Shown here: positions 33,890 to 36,364 of the stretch, piece by piece | Numbering within the stretch: the stretch's first letter is position 1 | How the letters are laid out: each line of letters starts with the position of its first letter | From: a virus | Taxonomy: Duplodnaviria > Caudoviricetes | Virus record (IMG/VR): IMGVR_UViG_3300011423_000019 | Span: 1-36,364 of that record | Length of the DNA: 36,364 bases | Direction: 5' to 3' (one strand) | The notes under the pieces: generated by a model | The model's input: only the letters and a program-made list of their open reading frames with translations | Database searches by the model: none | What the model was told of the DNA's origin: nothing | Made by a program: the position numbers and the translations under genes

Positions 33890-33921
33890 CTAAATCGTAT
33901 ATACGCAAATACTCCGGGCTT

Positions 33922-34161
33922 TCACGGCTTTGCGTCGCCGCGATCGGCGTGCTGGACGGCCCGAGTCTCGGCCCACTCATCGAGCCATTCGCGCCGGAAC
34001 CGCGTGGTGGAGTGCCCGAGTTTCGTGTGCCGGAGGCCGCGCTCCGCGCAGGCCCGATAGATCGTATCGACGCTCACGCCCAGGTGCTCGGCCGCCTCTT
34101 TCGGTGAGAGCCAGGGCGACGCATCCTCGCGCCGCGGTCGGAGTCTTGCCACGGTTGCCAT
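33922..34161 (-). CDS. xis: Excisionase (MerR-like HTH)
   Basis: WLSPKEAAEHLGVSVDTIYR...TRFRREWLDEW; near int. Confidence 0.82.
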   Translation of the reverse strand: MATVARLRPRREDASPWLSPKEAAEHLGVSVDTIYRACAERGLRHTKLGHSTTRFRREWLDEWAETRAVQHADRGDAKP

Positions 34162-34239
34162 GTGCTGCACCTTCCGGAATTGGAGCGGGTGGGTCGGAGT
34201 TGCACCGCCGCCCTGCGACTGGTGATCGCCGTGCCGCTA

Positions 34240-34944
34240 TCAACACTTCACCCGCTCGCCTCGCGCCATGCGCGCGCCGACTTCATCGATCGCCGAGTAG
34301 GGCAACTCCGCGCACGCGAGGCGCGGCCGCCACGACTCGTCGAGAAACTTCACGTAGCGCAGCTGGAACCCAGGCAGCAGGCGCGCGCCAGCCTTCCGGA
34401 TCACGCCGCGGCCCATGGTGCCGGTGTCAGGGATGCCGAGCTTCGCGTTGATGCGTTGCCGCAGGCGCTGCCCGGTGTTGTAGGCGAGGCCGGTGAAGAC
34501 TTCGCCGTCGACCTCCCAGATATCCCGGTTCGCTTTGATCGCGGTGAGGATGAACCCGGCCGCGCGATAGATCGTCCCGTCGCCGCACTGCGCACCATCG
34601 GCGAAGGTCACGAACCACTTCACGTGCGGCGCGTGCTTGCGCAGCAGGCGGCAGGCGACCGCGAGCGCGCGGCTCTCGGAGTTCCGCGGCAGGCGTTCGG
34701 AAAACGCCATCCGGTTCAACTCGAGGAATTCGTGCCACGCGGTGCCGGTCACCAGCGGCACCATGCGCCGCTTGTCCATCGAGGGCCCGAACTGCAGCGC
34801 GCCCTCCAGCGCACCCTGCCAAAAGACCCCGATATGAATTTGCGAGTTCGGCGAGGTCTTCCCCGAATAGTGGAGGCGCCGCACGCAGGCGTTCGCTTCC
34901 TCGCGCTCGATCGGTCGGAGAATCAAATCCTTCACGCGATCCAT
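34240..34944 (-). CDS. Mom-like (GNAT) DNA base-modification enzyme
   Basis: RLHYSGK...FLELNRMAF...PRNSESRAL...VTFADGAQCGDGTIYRAAGF. Confidence 0.8.
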   Translation of the reverse strand: MDRVKDLILRPIEREEANACVRRLHYSGKTSPNSQIHIGVFWQGALEGALQFGPSMDKRRMVPLVTGTAWHEFLELNRMAFSERLPRNSESRALAVACRLLRKHAPHVKWFVTFADGAQCGDGTIYRAAGFILTAIKANRDIWEVDGEVFTGLAYNTGQRLRQRINAKLGIPDTGTMGRGVIRKAGARLLPGFQLRYVKFLDESWRPRLACAELPYSAIDEVGARMARGERVKC

Positions 34945-35679
34945 TCACTCGGCCTCGGGTGGTTCGTAGGCCTCGCAAATCCGCGCGAGGGCGTTGCCGT
35001 TCGAATTGTCGTTGCCAGTATCGAAGGGCCCGGCGGCGCGCGCCCGCACCAGGGCCGCGCGGACGATCACCACCTGGGCGTCGGTCAGGGTGAACGTCAT
35101 CTCCTGAAACCCTTCACGCACGGTGGCGGTCCCGCCCATGGCGCCCCACGCCGAGTCGGGCGGGAACTTCAGCAACTGTTCGAGTTCGGCGGTACTGAAG
35201 AACGGCGCGAGGGTGAGGCCGGCGGCCTGGTCCTCGCGCAGTTGATCGAGGTTCCACGCCGAGAGTTCCGCGGTGCGGTTGTCGAAGATCGCGAGGTCGC
35301 GCTTCTGCTCGGGCGTGAGGCCGCGGCGCCGCACCGCGATCAACTCGTCGCCCTCGGCCTCGATGATCCGCACGCGCTGAATGCCGGCGGCCATCGCCCC
35401 TTCGAGCACGCCGTTGCCGGCGAGTACTTCGTTGCCCTCGGCGATGACGATCGACCGCGCGGCGCCGACCGCCTTGAGCGAGGCCGCGATCATGTCGCGG
35501 TTGCGCTCCGGATGCGCGCGCCGGTTCTTCGCGTCGGGCACGAGGTCGGTGATCGGGCGAATGTCATCGAGGGCGAACGCGCGCACCACCTGGGCGGGCG
35601 AGAGGATCGGCGCGGTCAGATCCGGGCGGTCCTCTGCTTGGGAGTTGGGAGTTGGGAGTTGGGTCTTGCGCTTCGCCAT
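34945..35679 (-). CDS. ParB/Srx-like protein partnered with Mom-like enzyme
   Basis: LVPDAKNRRAH...IAASL...SIVI...VLAGNG...IFDNRTAELSAWN; abuts Mom start. Confidence 0.85.
   Translation of the reverse strand: MAKRKTQLPTPNSQAEDRPDLTAPILSPAQVVRAFALDDIRPITDLVPDAKNRRAHPERNRDMIAASLKAVGAARSIVIAEGNEVLAGNGVLEGAMAAGIQRVRIIEAEGDELIAVRRRGLTPEQKRDLAIFDNRTAELSAWNLDQLREDQAAGLTLAPFFSTAELEQLLKFPPDSAWGAMGGTATVREGFQEMTFTLTDAQVVIVRAALVRARAAGPFDTGNDNSNGNALARICEAYEPPEAE
35638..35663 (+). repeat. Heptamer tandem repeat (TTGGGAG)x3.7; G-quadruplex motif
   Basis: TTGGGAG TTGGGAG TTGGGAG TTGGG inside 5' end of ParB-like gene. Confidence 0.9.
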
Positions 35680-35684
35680 CGGCT

Positions 35685-35897
35685 TCAATCCTCCGGCTGA
35701 CAGTTCGCCGGTTCCTCGGTGGTCGATGCGTAGTGCGGGCCGATCTCGATGTGCGCGCCCACGGCCCACCCGCCGAGCACCGGCCCGCCGGTCGGCGTCA
35801 TCGCGTTGCGGTAGTCGGTGAGGATCACGCCGCAGCGCACGCACTCCTGCACGCCCCCGATCATCGGCCCGGCGATATGGACGCGAACGCGGATCAT
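35685..35897 (-). CDS. Hypothetical protein
   Basis: ATGA overlap; H...CVRC motif. Confidence 0.6.
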   Translation of the reverse strand: MIRVRVHIAGPMIGGVQECVRCGVILTDYRNAMTPTGGPVLGGWAVGAHIEIGPHYASTTEEPANCQPED

Positions 35898-36364
35898 CGG
35901 CGGGCCTCGATTGCGGGGCGCACGCCCGATGGAAGGCCGAGGCGCGTGTGGCGGCCGCGGCGCGTGTTGCAGGTCCAGTGCGCCGCGCGCAGGTTTTCGT
36001 CGGTATCGGTGCCGCCCTCGGCGAGTGGGACCACATGATCGGCGGTGCCGGCGAGTGGGTGCCCCTCGTGAGGTTCGCGACTCCATGGCGTCAGGGAGGG
36101 ATCGATCTCGCCGCCGCACACCCAGCAGGCCCACCGATCGCGTTCACAGATCCGGCGCCACCGCCCAGGCTCATACGCCGACGACGACCCGACCGCTCGC
36201 AATCTGGCGTTGCGACGGACCGATGCCTGAAGCCGACGCATGCGGAGCTTCTCGGTCGGGCCGAGAGGCAGACGCAGTTGGACGGCCTGCTCGCGGCACC
36301 TCGGGCAGCGGCGGTGCCCGTCGCGTGCGAACCACCGCCGGCATCGGCAGAGAACCCACCGGTA
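35894..36364 (-). CDS. HNH endonuclease with N-terminal zinc finger, open to right edge
   Basis: ICERDRWACWVCG...TADHVVPLAEGGTDTDENLRAAHWTCNTRR; upstream in frame CRC...CPRC. Confidence 0.85.
   Translation of the reverse strand, partial: YRWVLCRCRRWFARDGHRRCPRCREQAVQLRLPLGPTEKLRMRRLQASVRRNARLRAVGSSSAYEPGRWRRICERDRWACWVCGGEIDPSLTPWSREPHEGHPLAGTADHVVPLAEGGTDTDENLRAAHWTCNTRRGRHTRLGLPSGVRPAIEARR

Larger units (their letters stand above)
1..36364. mobile_element. Temperate tailed phage (siphovirus-like, HK97-type head), near-complete genome, apparently excised/circular form
   Basis: Packaging, head, tail, repressor/cro, replication and integration modules are all present; phage genes lie on both sides of the att core; no host housekeeping genes seen. 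Confidence 0.93.

Noticed and set aside
24028-35700. Long plus-strand ORFs (24028-25557, 26319-27824, 29047-30267, 31470-33056, 34162-35700; likewise 8639-10087)
   Set aside because: Antisense shadows of well-supported minus-strand genes, expected in high-GC DNA; no motifs

Overview
GC-rich, gene-dense window that reads as an essentially complete temperate siphovirus genome in its excised (attP) form. Most genes are on the minus strand. From right to left: HNH nuclease, ParB-like plus Mom-like DNA-modification pair, excisionase, BrnT/BrnA toxin-antitoxin, a second antitoxin-like gene, tyrosine integrase, attP (3' half of tRNA-Pro(CGG) flanked by arm repeats), P27-type TerS, TerL, HK97-type portal, S49 protease, major capsid, head-tail and tail genes (with a -1 frameshift chaperone), tail tip, receptor-binding protein and a holin-like gene. 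A plus-strand block carries the repressor and small accessory genes. A divergent cro-like gene leads the recombination/replication genes (SSAP, Cas4-like nuclease, initiator with iterons, RusA) and a packaging-type HNH. Most unusual points: (1) the xis-brnT-brnA-antitoxin2-int-attP module sits directly in front of terS and appears to place int in a TA operon; (2) a stand-alone CapW/BrxR-like winged helix with no WYL sensor; (3) terL has no canonical start (ACG start, or GTG-CCC-C +1 slip); (4) a heptamer/G4 repeat in the ParB-Mom cassette; (5) an HTH insert inside the integrase; (6) an in-frame duplicated gene end before the holin; (7) no recognisable endolysin. All family calls come from motif recognition by eye, not database searches.
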